Of a stretch of DNA of 64,000 bases, positions 1 to 11,900 are shown in pieces. The notes below the pieces were generated by a model, which saw only the letters and a program-made list of their open reading frames with translations, did no database searches and was not told the origin of the DNA. The stretch's first letter is position 1. Every line of letters starts with the position of its first letter. The stretch is from assembly GCA_951406725.2 (NCBI GenBank), contig OX597824.1, positions 64,914,001-64,978,000 on the forward strand, written 5' to 3'. This stretch comes from Octopus vulgaris. Its lineage: Eukaryota. Both the position numbers and the translations under genes were made by a program.

Positions 1-1001
1 TGGCTAGTTCAGTGACGGCTAGGTTTATGTTGTTTATAATTGGTGTTGTTATTGCGTTTATTTTTATTCTTGGGAGGTATGGTCGGTGGTCCATTTTGAG
101 CTCTGTGGTTTTTAGTTCTTCGATTATTTTATTTTTTATATTATCATAATCATTAGGCTCCCCTTCGTTGTTTACATCGTGTTTGTTGGGAATGTTGCGT
201 TTGTCTTCGTGTTTTACAGTTTCAGTGTTTATATTATTGGGCATTGTTGTGTGGCTTCTATCTACATTTTCCTGGTGTATGTTTTCTTTTAGGTGTTCTA
301 TTTCTATTTCTGATATTTTTTTTGTGTTGAGAATGTATCTTCGTACGTTAGCTAATTTATTAGGGTTCATTGCTGTATCCAAGTCTAAATCTCTATTATT
401 TTCCTTCCATATTTTATATGTATGTGTTGTTGTATTTTCATTTTTTGGGTAGAGTACTGCTGTGAAGTATGCGTGTAAGATAGAAATGTATTCCTCACGT
501 GTCCATTTACGTCTTTTGGGTTTTATTTGCGGGACATGAGGTACAACGTCCGGCCCATTATTTTGACGGTCGTCATTTTCGTAGGGTACCGGTCCGTTTA
601 TTTCTGTTGTCACATTATTTCGCACGTGTAGTTTTTCGTACATTTTTTGTTGTAGGTTTAATGTACGTACCGCTCGATTGTTATTCTTGGGTTGAATAGT
701 ATCGGTGGCATTTAATTTCTTCGTAGTTCCTTTGTACATGGTGTTTGGGGTCGGAGATGATCGTGATGTTTCACGCATGCTTACATGTGTTGCGTTAGAG
801 GTGGAGATGATATCGAGTCAAAATACATCATTTCGTTTCGAAAATAGTAATAAATTTCAGTTTGTATTACTTACTCGGATACAGTCCAATTCTTTGTTAG
901 TAAAACTTTGGCTCCATAGGATGTCCTTGTTTTCGATGTTTGTGGATAGGTTTCGGAGCTCTGAATTTTCCTTCTTACATCTTAAAAGTCCCCCGGTGTT
1001 C
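1..1001 (-). mobile_element. 5' part of an R4/Dong-type non-LTR retrotransposon; ORF open from ATG at 778 to beyond the window start
   Basis: Minus-strand frame has no stop from 817 to 2 (read by hand): ...KRRKWTREEYISILHAYF...NPNKLANVRRYILNTKKISEIEIEHLK...HRPYLPRIK..., resembling the N-terminal region of R4/Dong ORFs. The 5' end abuts a (TTA)n tract. Confidence 0.75.
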
Positions 1002-1120
<119 letters not shown>

Positions 1121-1582
1121 GAGTGAGAGAGCAGTTCATGCCATCAAAGTGACACTGGGGTAAAATATACGAAGCCAATATACCCATCATGACTCCCCGT
1201 CTGATAAGGGTACACTAGGCACATGTATCACAACCATATGTGTGCGACATGGTGATCTCATATCAAGGTAAACAACGCATGACCTTGCAGGTGGGGCCCA
1301 GTTAGAATTTTCTTCAGGTCGAGTAGCCCATCCCGCTCAAAAGGTCCCTGAATAAGGGTTGTTTAAGGATGTTGAAAGAACCACCCATGTTTCCAGAGGT
1401 GAATTATTCAAACCCCAAAGAATCCCTCTCAACACATGGCTATGATGCTCCCCCACTACTTCTGCTCGTGATCAGAGATGCACTATCGTCAGCCACTAAG
1501 GGACATGCTCAACTGGTTAAGGTCAAACAACTGACAAGCAAATCTGTGGTATTGAGCAGAATATTTGCTGTAGCTCATCTTT
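1121..1582 (+). mobile_element. Interspersed repeat embedded in a TTA tract, probably the 5' region of another R4/Dong-like element
   Basis: Flanked by (TTA)n on both sides; its last ~100 bp recur inverted at ~1975-2085, so it is a multicopy repeat. Family assignment is inference. Confidence 0.5.
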
Positions 1583-1596
1583 ATTATTATTATTAT

Positions 1597-1654
<58 letters not shown>

Positions 1655-1655
<1 letters not shown>

Positions 1656-1797
1656 TTCCATGTTTGACTTTTGCTTTACATTTGTACAAGTTAGCTCACC
1701 CAGAGACCTCAATAGACAACAGGTTGGAAGTTCATGTTGTTGTTATGCTTAGTGTGCCATATATTTGGTTTTGTATTTAGTGTTTGGTTTGTATTTG
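1655..1797 (-). mobile_element. Short 5'-truncated LINE 3' end (R4/Dong-like 3' UTR) between microsatellites
   Basis: On the minus strand it ends ...GTAAAGCAAAAGTCAAACATGGAATA and runs into a (CTA)n/(TAA)n tail; simple repeats on both sides. Confidence 0.5.
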
Positions 1798-1820
1798 TAT
1801 TATTATTACTATTATTATTA

Positions 1821-1905
<85 letters not shown>

Positions 1906-1906
<1 letters not shown>

Positions 1907-2085
1907 GACAGTAGCTCTCAGGCTTCTGATCTTAACTGATTAGAAGTGTTATGTACATGCTGTGTCTTGGTATAAAAGATGAGCTACAGTAAATATTCTG
2001 CTTCTGGTCAATGCCACAGATTTGCTTGTCAGTTGTATTACCTTAACCAGTTGAGGTATCTCCCTTGGTGGCTGACCATATGTAC
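1906..2085 (-). mobile_element. Diverged inverted copy of the 1121-1582 repeat family
   Basis: AAAGATGAGCTACAGTAAATATTCTGC...CCACAGATTTGCTTGTCAGTTG...CCTTAACCAGTTGAG is the reverse complement of ~1490-1582. Confidence 0.7.
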
Positions 2086-2130
2086 GGGCAAAAACATTAA
2101 AGGTGCAGCGCTACACTGATCGCATATCGC

Positions 2131-2469
2131 AGTTCCAGCCGAGTCCGATTTTGTCTTTCATCCTTTCAAGGTCGATTAAATAAGTACCAGTTATGCACTG
2201 GGGCCGATGTAATCGACTTAATCCGTTTGTCTGTCCTTGTTTGTCTCCTCTGTGTTTAGCCCGTTTTGGGTAGTAAAGAAATAGGTATTTCGTCTGCCGT
2301 TACGTTCTGAGTTCAAATTCCACCGAGGCCGACTTTGTCTTTCATCCTTTCGGGGTCGATTAAATAAGTACCAGTTACGCACTGGGGTCAATATAATCGA
2401 CTTAATCCGTTTGTCTGTCCTTGTTTGTCCCCTCTGTGCGTAGCCCCTTATGGGTAGTAAAGAAATAAG
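2131..2469 (+). mobile_element. Two tandem 5'-truncated copies of tRNA-derived SINE family A
   Basis: Repeated unit GACTTTGTCTTTCATCCTTTCGGGGTCGATTAAATAAGTACCAG...GGGTAGTAAAGAAATA, matching the full copy at 23180-23409. Confidence 0.9.
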
Positions 2470-3157
2470 AAACAGGAAAGCGGCAGCATCAGACGGAATT
2501 CAAGGCTACTGGCTCAAGTGGTTTAGATTAACACAAGAGAATTGCGTTGCAATTAGACAATTGCCTACAGTGCGGTGCAGTTCCGGAGTGGATGATAGAG
2601 GGGAAAACAACATTGTTGATGAAATATCGGTCAAAGGGCAATGCGGTTGGCGATTATCGATCAATCGCTTGTCTTAACCTCCTATGGAAAGTATTAAAAA
2701 GTATCCTCGCAGGGAAAATATATACGTTCCTTGCGGAAAACAATCTCCTGCCAGTAGAACAAAATGGATGCCGAAAAGGATCCAAGGGCACCAAGGACCA
2801 CCTTATGATAGACAAGGTTATAAGGAAGAACTGTAAACGGTACCAAAAAATTTATGCATGACCTGGGTAGACTTCAAAAAGCTTACGACATCTTGCCGCA
2901 TTCGTGGATTTTGGAAACGACCGACATGTGTGGAATAGCTAAGAACGTGTGTGCACTGATTAAGAACAGCATGCCTAGTTGTAAACACATCTTTCCTGTA
3001 ACAACCAGCACTTAGCCGAGGTAACAATCAAAAGAGGTATTTTCCAAGGAGACTCTTGTTCACCTCTGTTATTTGTTATGACTTTGATCCCACGTTCTGT
3101 CGTCCTACGCAAAGTCAACGCGCACCATAAGCTGAAAAAGAATGGACCTCGTCTCAT
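2470..3157 (+). mobile_element. R4/Dong-type LINE reverse-transcriptase fragment (frameshifted)
   Basis: DGIQGYWLK, VPEWMIEGKTTLLMK, DYRSIACLNLLWK, QNGCRKGSKGTKDHLMID, WVDFKKAYD, RGIFQGDSCSPLLF. Confidence 0.9.
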
Positions 3158-3159
3158 GT

Positions 3160-4420
3160 GAGGATGATTTATGACTGATTTTCAGAGGAAAGTAGATAGA
3201 ATACTTTTGTTTGACCGTTTTCCAAGGGCACCCATACACGTTTCCTCAACCCCTCACCATGGTCAGTATTGAGGTAAAGATTTATTGGCCAAAAATCATT
3301 AATTACATATTCCACGTCAGTGTCTTAGCCCGTCTCACAGAACTGAGAGTTCTCTTTTTCTCCTGCCAGTTGCAGTAGATGTCTTCCAAAACGTGAGCAA
3401 ACAAGTCTGGTATATATCCGTAAAGCTCATAGGGTAGATCATTCAAACCAAATGATCTGCTCTACATACAACCACTTGCCACCATCTACATTCCAGTTGC
3501 TATTATCGGCTTTTTTGCAACACTCCGCATCTTTCGCCAAGAGCTATGACAAGCCATCGAGATAGATACTAAAGCCAGGGACCGTCTCCGTTCTACCGCC
3601 TGCCCAATTAAGCGAAGTGCCGCTGTAATGTCGTACACATCTGTTTAAAATCGGATATCACGTGGCCTTCTCGATCTGTCCGAGACCAATTGTGGATATG
3701 CTATCATGCCGCGCTTTTGCCACCCAGGCCCATCGAATAGCTTTCGTTCGTACCATTAGCTTCGTGTTTCGCATTGAAGAAATGTTCAAGAGCCATTATC
3801 TATGTTGGCATGTCAGTTGTCCTAATCAACTCTTGTAATTTATCAACTCTCACTCTAATCCCTTTTTCCTAATACTACTCTTTGCGAAAATATACTGTAA
3901 TTGCTCTCTTCAGAAAATACCTCCACTGGTTGTTGGCGGTCAACTTCTTCAAGTGTTCAAGTGCTGCTAAACTTAAACGTTAAGTTTCTGTAGGCTTTAT
4001 ACACCAAGAACGGTGCGTTCAGCTTCAAGGAGCCAGGTTCTAATTAGTTCTATCTAAGTCGACTAGGCAGATCACAAACTTGTGGCCTGTCTGACCAACC
4101 ACATGAAATTATAGACATCCTACAGTATCTCTGTCTGCTGGTCAAACAAACACTTTATCTAAATGTCATCTGGATGATTCGATTCCGTTGTTCCCCGTCC
4201 TCACTGGCACATCCTAGAAATCTAATCGGTACATGTCAGAAAGCTGAACAACTGAGAGATTTTACATACCCCTATCCTATCGGTTAGTTCCACAAGTATA
4301 ATGCTCAAAGGAAAAGCGAAACAGCTGCAGCTTGGTTCCAGTTTCGTCGTAGGCGACAACAACGCATCCAGCCCGATGTTCTTAAAGTTCTGTGAATCCA
4401 CTGCCCTAAATACCTTTTTA
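3160..4420 (-). mobile_element. Degraded L1/Tx1-type LINE (endonuclease end to RT start)
   Basis: Minus strand gives SFGLNDLPYELY (cf. SPGxDGLPYE), GHKFVICLVDL (cf. SDH) and an LDKV motif; many stops. Confidence 0.6.
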
Positions 4421-4531
4421 TTTGACCCCGAAAGCTGGAAATTTGATCTCAGCAAGATTTGGACTCAGGGCACAGAATCAAAACAAATAAAAGAAGGCTT
4501 TCCTTTCTGCCGACTTTCGATTCTGATGATT

Positions 4532-4871
4532 ACTCTTTTACTCTTTTACTTGTTTCAGTCATTTGACTGCGGCCATGCTGGAGCACGGCCTTTAGTCGAG
4601 CAAATCGACCCCGGAACTTATTCTTTGAAAACCCAGTACTTATTCTATCGGTCTCTTTTGCCGAACCGCTAAGTGACGGGGACGCAAACACACCAGCATC
4701 GGTTGTCAAGCAATGCTAGGGGGACAAACACAGACACACAAACACACACACATACACATATATATGACAGGCTTCTTTCAGTTTCCATCTACCAAATCCA
4801 CTCACAAGGCATTGGTCGGCCCGGGGCTAAAGCAGAAGACACTTGCCCAAGATGCCACGCAGTGGGACTGA
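4532..4871 (-). mobile_element. SINE family B, 5'-truncated
   Basis: Reverse complement of the copies at 49441-49840 and 50549-50940. Confidence 0.9.
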
Positions 4872-5017
4872 TTCTCCATCTTTGTAATACTTTAACATTT
4901 TGACAGATAACTAGTTTCATTGATATATCATATTTTTATATGTCTGTTTGTGTGTTTTTGTTTTATATCATTTGATAGTACATTTGCCTTCGTTTCCTTT
5001 TATTTACCCTCTTTCAG

Positions 5018-5243
5018 GTTATTCGAAAAATACCCAGATGTTCAAGATATATTTATTCCATTCAAAGGTCAAAGCCTTGAAGATCTTAGTAATAATGACC
5101 GAATGCGTGAACATGGTTTACAAGTAATGCGGACAGTTGAGAAGGCCATTGCTAGATTGGATCAACCCGCGAAACTTGAATCCATGCTGTATGAACTGGG
5201 TCAAAAACATGTCATGTTTGACACTAAAGTAGACTACATGGAC
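5018..5243 (+). CDS. Globin (neuroglobin/globin X-like), internal exon 2 (B12 to G6)
   Basis: Polypyrimidine tract + tttcAG acceptor (5016-5017), GTAAGT donor at 5244. Translates (R)LFEKYPDVQDIFIPFKGQSLEDLSNNDRMREHGLQVMRTVEKAIARLDQPAKLESMLYELGQKHVMFDTKVDYMD with C2 Pro, CD1 Phe, distal E7 His and proximal F8 His; intron phases fit the conserved B12.2 and G7.0 globin positions. Confidence 0.93.
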
Positions 5244-5321
5244 GTAAGTAGTATAGAGTTCATTACTTTATTCTTAACGATAGACAGTCGATACAATGAA
5301 GACTAAAGAGTATGTCAAATG

Positions 5322-5322
<1 letters not shown>

Positions 5323-5408
<86 letters not shown>
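5323..5408. repeat. (GT)n microsatellite
   Basis: Seen directly, ~80 bp downstream of the globin donor site. Confidence 0.98.
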
Positions 5409-5409
<1 letters not shown>

Positions 5410-5700
5410 ACAGACAATAAATACACGAACGTCCCTGTGCATATCTCGATTTATCTAAAGCTAGGTGTGTTTTATACTGAAAGTGTCTGATAAATAATTC
5501 GAAATTTAATTGGAGCTATGGCAATAATGTCTATGTGAATGAAATAGTACGAAATAGAGAAATATCAAATATTTCATACAAACTAAAAATACCTATATAT
5601 ACCAATATACCTATATATGTTACCGTAATTCGTGACATGAATTATACATCTGTGCGTTGTTAATATAGCTCATTAGTCGGAAAGTAGTAAGGCTGTATTT

Positions 5701-5764
<64 letters not shown>

Positions 5765-5837
5765 AACAAAGATAGATAGATAGACAAAAAGGCAGGCGGA
5801 CGGACCAGTGGATGGATAGATAGATGGATGGATAGAC

Positions 5838-5924
<87 letters not shown>

Positions 5925-5989
5925 CAAAAAGGCAGGCGGACGGACCAGTGGATGGATAGATAGATGGATGGATAGACAGATAGACAGAC

Positions 5990-6084
<95 letters not shown>

Positions 6085-6335
6085 CAGAGAGAGAGAGGGG
6101 GGTGAATTGTCCAGAAAGAATAAACAACGCAGGCAAAACTAACTGCGAGAAAGATAGAAATAAAAATATTGAAACAGACAAATATGATAGAAAAGAAACA
6201 AACAAACAAGCAAACAAACACTGAATGAATGAATGAATGAATGAATGAATGAATGAATGAATGAACGAATGAATGAATGAATGAATGAATGAATGAATGA
6301 ATGAATGAATGAATGAACGAATGAATGGATGGATG
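5701..6335. repeat. Compound (GATA)n/(GAAT)n microsatellite with an internal ~140-bp higher-order duplication
   Basis: AGACAAAAAGGCAGGCGGACGGACCAGTGGATGG occurs at 5782 and 5922. Confidence 0.95.
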
Positions 6336-6829
6336 GAAGAAAGACTGGGTGGATAATTGAATGAATGGAAGAAAGGATGGATGGACGATTGAAAGAAGAA
6401 CAGGGCAAATAATTTCTAGAAAATCGAAATCCTTCCTATCAGTAACCATACAAAAATAGTAATGGCGCAAACTGAATGCTGTCAGGGGTGAAAATATAAG
6501 TGTTCCTTTGATGAAACGGAAACCCATTGATGTTTTGTCTATTGTGAGATGAAACTGTAGACATAAAAGCAAGAAGAGATTAGATCAAGGATTTGGAGAA
6601 TAGGGAATATAGTGATGAAACGCAAAAAATTCTTAGAGCAATAAGAAAAAGATACCAGAAGGGAAAGAAATTGAAGCTGCTTATACACGTAAATACGCGC
6701 TTATATATATGTGTGTGCGTGTGTGTATGTATATATATATACAAATACATACATACATATATATACTCACACACACATATATATATATACACATACACAC
6801 ACACACATATATATGCGTGTGCGTGTGTG

Positions 6830-6869
<40 letters not shown>

Positions 6870-7035
6870 GTGTGTGTACTATGTATGTATGCACAATGGT
6901 ATGAAGGAATGACGTGTGGCATGTGTTTCTGCATTGCTAAGCGTCATCAAGCATGAATACCTATTTTGTCCCTCATAAATCTATCGGAATAATAGTTCTG
7001 ATATATAAGCATAGCAAAAAGTAGATTTGAATATA

Positions 7036-7101
7036 GTGTCGGGGATATATGGTCGTCTAAACTACGCAAAAATGAAAATGACACTGATATCTCATTTTAA
7101 C
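7036..7101. mobile_element. Solo terminal fragment of the maT-type transposon family
   Basis: GTCTAAACTACGCAAAAATGAAAATGACACTGATATCTCATTTTAAC is the reverse complement of the end of the 15730-16566 element. Confidence 0.7.
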
Positions 7102-7232
7102 ATGTTTATTACTTGTGTGAGCGTGTGTGTTCGTTTGCGCATTGATTGATATTTATAATTATATTTAAATTCAATAATAATGATAATAATCAATTAAAGT
7201 ACATAAGAGTAAAAATATATATAATAAAATAA

Positions 7233-7570
7233 AGCAAGAGCACTCAGAGAGTGCAAACCTCCGCCAAGGCAACGCCAACGTCCTCTTAACGATCAGTCGG
7301 AGATGATTTTTAAAATGAGAATATCGGAAATAAACTCAACTGCTCTCACAAACGAGAATACTAAAAATTAACCCGACCGCTCTAAAAAATTAAGTAAAAA
7401 AAACGAAAAATAATCCAGAATCCTTGTTCGGTGCCGGATCGATCCCAAAATCTAATCAGTTCGTGCCAGTCACGAGGCCAAACATCCTTGAAAGTTTCAT
7501 CCGAATCCACGAACAAACAAACAAACACAACTGAAAACAATACCTCCGCCTTCGCTAAGGTGGAGGTAAT
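7233..7570 (+). mobile_element. Non-autonomous Helentron/Helitron-like element
   Basis: 5' ACCTCCGCCAAGGC motif, internal (AAAC)n, 3' hairpin TACCTCCGCCTT-CGCT-AAGGTGGAGGTA; layout typical of Helentron-associated interspersed elements. Confidence 0.55.
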
Positions 7571-7677
7571 AAAGAAACAGAATTAAGAAATAAAAAATAA
7601 AAATTAAATAAAAACAAAGAACTAAAACTGTTTGAGTGTGTATGCATGTGCATGTATGTATATATATACATATATAA

Positions 7678-7870
7678 TGTGACCTCGTTGGCGATTTTTT
7701 TCCTCTGTCTTCCCTTCTCTGGATCTTTCCTTCTCCTATGTTTCCGACGAAGAGCTCCGCTCGAAACGTTAAAGCCTCCTCCTTTCCTTCTCTCCTGAGC
7801 GTCCAATAATACTATATTTGTTCCACGTCCTCGCGTTGTTGTGTTTTTTTGTGCTTTCTTGTTTGGATTA

Positions 7871-7873
<3 letters not shown>
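7678..7873 (+). mobile_element. Penelope-like terminal-repeat fragment carrying a minimal hammerhead-like motif
   Basis: TTT-CCGACGA-A-GAGC(TCC)GCTC-GAAA-CG-TT-AAA at 7741-7773, between (TA)n tracts. Confidence 0.5.
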
Positions 7874-7930
<57 letters not shown>

Positions 7931-7939
7931 GATATCATT

Positions 7940-8869
7940 ATTTATATATTAGTATATGTATGTGCCTGCGTATATAGATGTTTCCTTATAAAGTCACTTT
8001 AGTTCGTAAGTGTGCGTGTATATTAAAAGGTTATTAAAGCAATTATATTATTGTTAATATTTATTTATTGATTTCTAGTTATTATATAGTATAGTATTAT
8101 GTATTTACATATTTAGGTGTATATTGGGATGAGACACCTACTATTCATATGTAGGCCTACGTTATATATTTATGTTTAGTATGTAGATTTATTCGGTTAC
8201 TATGTCATCAAAATTGGTGCTATCTATAGATTTATAGTATTTGTATCTAAATTAAAATGTATTATATTATGCGATTAATTAATAGAGATCGATACTCAAT
8301 ATTATTATTAAACTGATATTTAAGTATTATATAATATAATACAGTGTATGTCATTTACATTTATATCATATTTAACCTATGTTAGGTTTGTAAATTTAAT
8401 TATATTTATTTAGTTGTATTAATTTTGCTTAAATTCTTAATGTATATATTAGTATCTAAATTAAAATGTATTGTATTATTTGGTTAATTAGTGAAATTCA
8501 ATATTCAATATTATTATTAAGCCTATATTTAGGTACTGCATAATATGATATAGTATATGCCATTTATATTTATGTTGTTTTAACCTATGTATGGTCAATA
8601 TTTTTATCTAAATTAAAAAGTATTATAACATCTGATAGATAGTAAAGAGCAATATTTGATATTATTAAAATTAAATTTAAGCATTAGACAGGCAGACAGA
8701 CTGACAGACAGAGACAGAGAGCGCGGTCGCTGTTTCCCCTTCCACGTCAGCTATCTCTGACGAGCGTATATTATATAACTGGTTTTTTACCCAATACTCC
8801 ATTATATAATCCAGTCGAAACCAATTGGTAAGACGAGCCGTGATGGATAATTAACACTATAAAATTCAG

Positions 8870-8872
<3 letters not shown>
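7940..8872 (+). mobile_element. AT-rich Penelope-like terminal region with internal tandem duplications and a hammerhead-like motif
   Basis: TATCTAAATTAAAA-initiated unit repeats at ~8244, ~8453 and ~8605; CTGACGA...GAAACCAATTGGTA at 8757-8830; the 3' part is homologous to the minus strand of ~33280-33400. Confidence 0.5.
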
Positions 8873-8945
<73 letters not shown>

Positions 8946-8955
8946 TGTATGTATG

Positions 8956-9023
<68 letters not shown>

Positions 9024-9074
9024 CAGATAGACAGACAGACAGACAGACAGGCAGACATTTATTAATTTCAAAGA

Positions 9075-10200
9075 AGTACAAAACTTTAATCTCCTTCAAA
9101 GCAGGATCCTCTCACTTCAATGCATTTGTAGTGCTCCTGCCACTTTGTGTAGGCTCCATGGAAGTTCTCCAAAGTGTAGGTGTGCAGAAGCCTTGTCACA
9201 GCCTCCTTCATCTTCTCAATTCCTTCAAAACGACTGTTTCTATGGTCCTCCTTCGGCTTGGGGAACAACCAAAAGTCACAGAGAAGAAGGTCTAGACTTT
9301 TGGGAGGCTGAGGAACAGCTTTGATGCTCGTCCCTGTCAAATAGTTTGTTACCTGGATGGAATTGTAAACTGGTGCATTGTCTTAGTGGATGTACCACCA
9401 ACCCGAATGGAAGAACTCTAGCTTTGTGTGCCAAAATCTATTCTTGAACTTCCTCCCTACTTCCAGAAAGTACTCTTTGTTAATCGTACTCTTTGTTAAT
9501 GATGCCTTTTCTGTCGAAAAAAGGGTATCACCATGAGCTTCCCAGTGGACTTGCTTTGCCTGGCTGGCGTTCTTGGTTCTGGGAAGTTATAATGCTTCCA
9601 ATGGGCAGTCTTTCCCTTTCCATAACAGAAGATCCAGCTTTCGTCACAGTTCACCAGAGACTCAGGTAGTCTTGGATTGGAGTCAATGAGCTCAACCACC
9701 TTCCTGTTGTCGCCAACATGTCTTTCTTTCTGTTCGTCACTGAGTATCCGGGGAACGAACCTTGCACAAATTTTGCGTATTTTCAGATCTTCGCTAATAA
9801 TTCTGTCCAGAGTTGCCACACTAACTGCAAACTGTACACTTATTGTCTTTATAGATACACAACATTCTTAGTTCAGAAAACTGTGAATTTTCTCAACCAG
9901 CCCTGATGTTCTGACGCCCCTCTTCCTTCTACTCCTCTCATTGTCTCTCATTCCCCTCTGACGTCCTTGAACCTCTTGTTCTAGGTAAAAACAGATGCTA
10001 GGTTCATACAAGTTAATCTATAAACCGTCGGAAGCATTTCATAAGTTTCTGTAGCGTTTTTCCCCAGTTTAACACAAAACTTTATTGCATAGCTGACCTC
10101 CAAACTGTCTTCACATCCCGACTGCATTCTGAAAACTAGTAAGGAATGACAAGTAACGTTTAGAAAGATATGTTCAATGTGCTTTTACAGCCGTGTCCAT
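9075..10200 (-). mobile_element. Mariner transposase remnant
   Basis: DLKIRKICARFVPRIL (WVP linker), VNCDESWIFCY, STGKLMVIPFF, PPKSLDLLLCDFWLFPK (YSPDLAPxD-like), KCIEVRGSCFEGD; frameshifted. Confidence 0.9.
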
Positions 10201-11049
10201 CAGCCTGGGATAAAATAGTTGGCAGGTCAGTATATTAGATATTACAATAAACTAGAACAGTTGTTACTGCCTGAAATGCCTCAAAACATCTGGAATGTAC
10301 CTCATGTGTGTTTATGTGTATTTATATTATGTTTGTGGATGTATATGCGTGTGTATGTATTCATACACACACTGATATGTTCATACTGCATTAGCATCCT
10401 AATTCAATACATATATATATTGATCTATGTAGATATAATACATATTTATTTATGCATATATATGTGTGCGCGCGTGTACATGTGCGTGTGTGTTTGTGTG
10501 TGTATGTGTGTGCATGTCTGTGTGTGTGTACGTTGCTTTATGTCGAGTGAATGAGAGACGAATGCTCAATATATATTGTAGAGAATATGCTTTTTTTTAT
10601 TTCTACTAAAACTGAGTTTGTCTCCTGACTAGAGTTTCACGCCACTAGGACCTTCAGGTGAAATCGTTACAACTAGGTGTTGATGATGGTATATAAGAGT
10701 ATGTTTGTGTATGTTTGTGTATGTATGTACGTATGAAGTAGGTATGTATGTTTGTATGTATGTATGTATGTATTTATGTATGTATGTATGTAAGAGTTAA
10801 CCAATGAACAAACACAAGCAGAAGACTACACACACATCGATGAAAAATATTTGTACTCACACACACTGCAAATACTGAGTTATCACAATTTCGCCAGAAG
10901 ATCGCAGTGGCGGGAAACTAGAAAAGTTATGTGTGTGTTTGTTTGTATGTCTTTGTAATTTAGAATACATTTTGACTGGCCACTTGTCTGGTAGTGGAAT
11001 TCTAAAGAAAAGCGTCTTGTTTTGTTCATCCTCCTTTAAATCTTAGGAA

Positions 11050-11900
11050 GGCCTTGCATATTTTTATAGTTCGAAATATCGTGATCATTTACAGTGTATG
11101 AATTAAGGATTCGTGTTCTCTCCACAAGAACCCCAAGTTCAGCCATACTTTGCTCCAGACGGGTTGTTATGTATCCTCTTGCTCTATCAAAAATAGGTAT
11201 GAAGCTGAAAGTGTATTTGAGTACTGGTTTGCAAACTCCTTACCAATAGTCCATGAATGTTCTCTTTCTCTTGTATTTTTGGAACTACATTGGTGTCCAG
11301 AGGGCAGCTGATTTCCACCATAGAGCATATTTTTACTTTGTGCCCCCATACTGTAATATCTGGCAGGTTGTGTTTTAATGTGGTGGTTGTTTAAATGTTT
11401 AAGTTCCACCAATATTCTTTTGGCCCATAGGTCAACAGAGTTAGCTACGTCTGTAGATCCTTTCTTCTTAGTTATCCTGTTCCCTCAAGGGAAGATAATG
11501 TTTGGAAGACATCATGTCATAGTCGACAATAATGTGGTTGATGTCTTCAATTTTGGTTTTGCACGGCATACATTTGTCTGTCAATGTTTTATGCCTCTTC
11601 TACTGTAAGTACTTAGTGATGATCTCATGTTCTTGAACTGCATCGAGGTAGCTTTCGACGTGGAATATCATAAACTTGTCGGTACTCCATGTCAAGCTTT
11701 TGACATGATCAATTCCTTCTATGGTTTGTATTTTTTATGCCAAGTACCTATTCTCAGTGAACTGGCCCATTATTTACATTTTAGTTTTTCTGATAAACAG
11801 ATTTTACCAATGCTCCTTGGGGAGAGATCTGTAGTACCTCTTATTTCATATTTCTCCTCAAGTTCATTAGCTATCCTAATTAGGTTGTTGCTTTCATGGT
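11050..11900 (-). mobile_element. Highly degraded LINE RT remnant (RTE-like)
   Basis: Weak frameshifted motifs on the minus strand (GID-MSKA, LP-ILQYG). Confidence 0.35.

Noticed and set aside
4920-5306. 128-aa ORF as a complete single-exon globin
   Set aside because: Only 5018-5243 is globin-like; the flanks are intronic, with clear splice signals.
5660-6572. 185- and 290-aa ORFs (YLSI/HSFI repeats), and the many YI/CV/HT ORFs elsewhere
   Set aside because: Translations of GATA, GAAT, TA and CA microsatellites.
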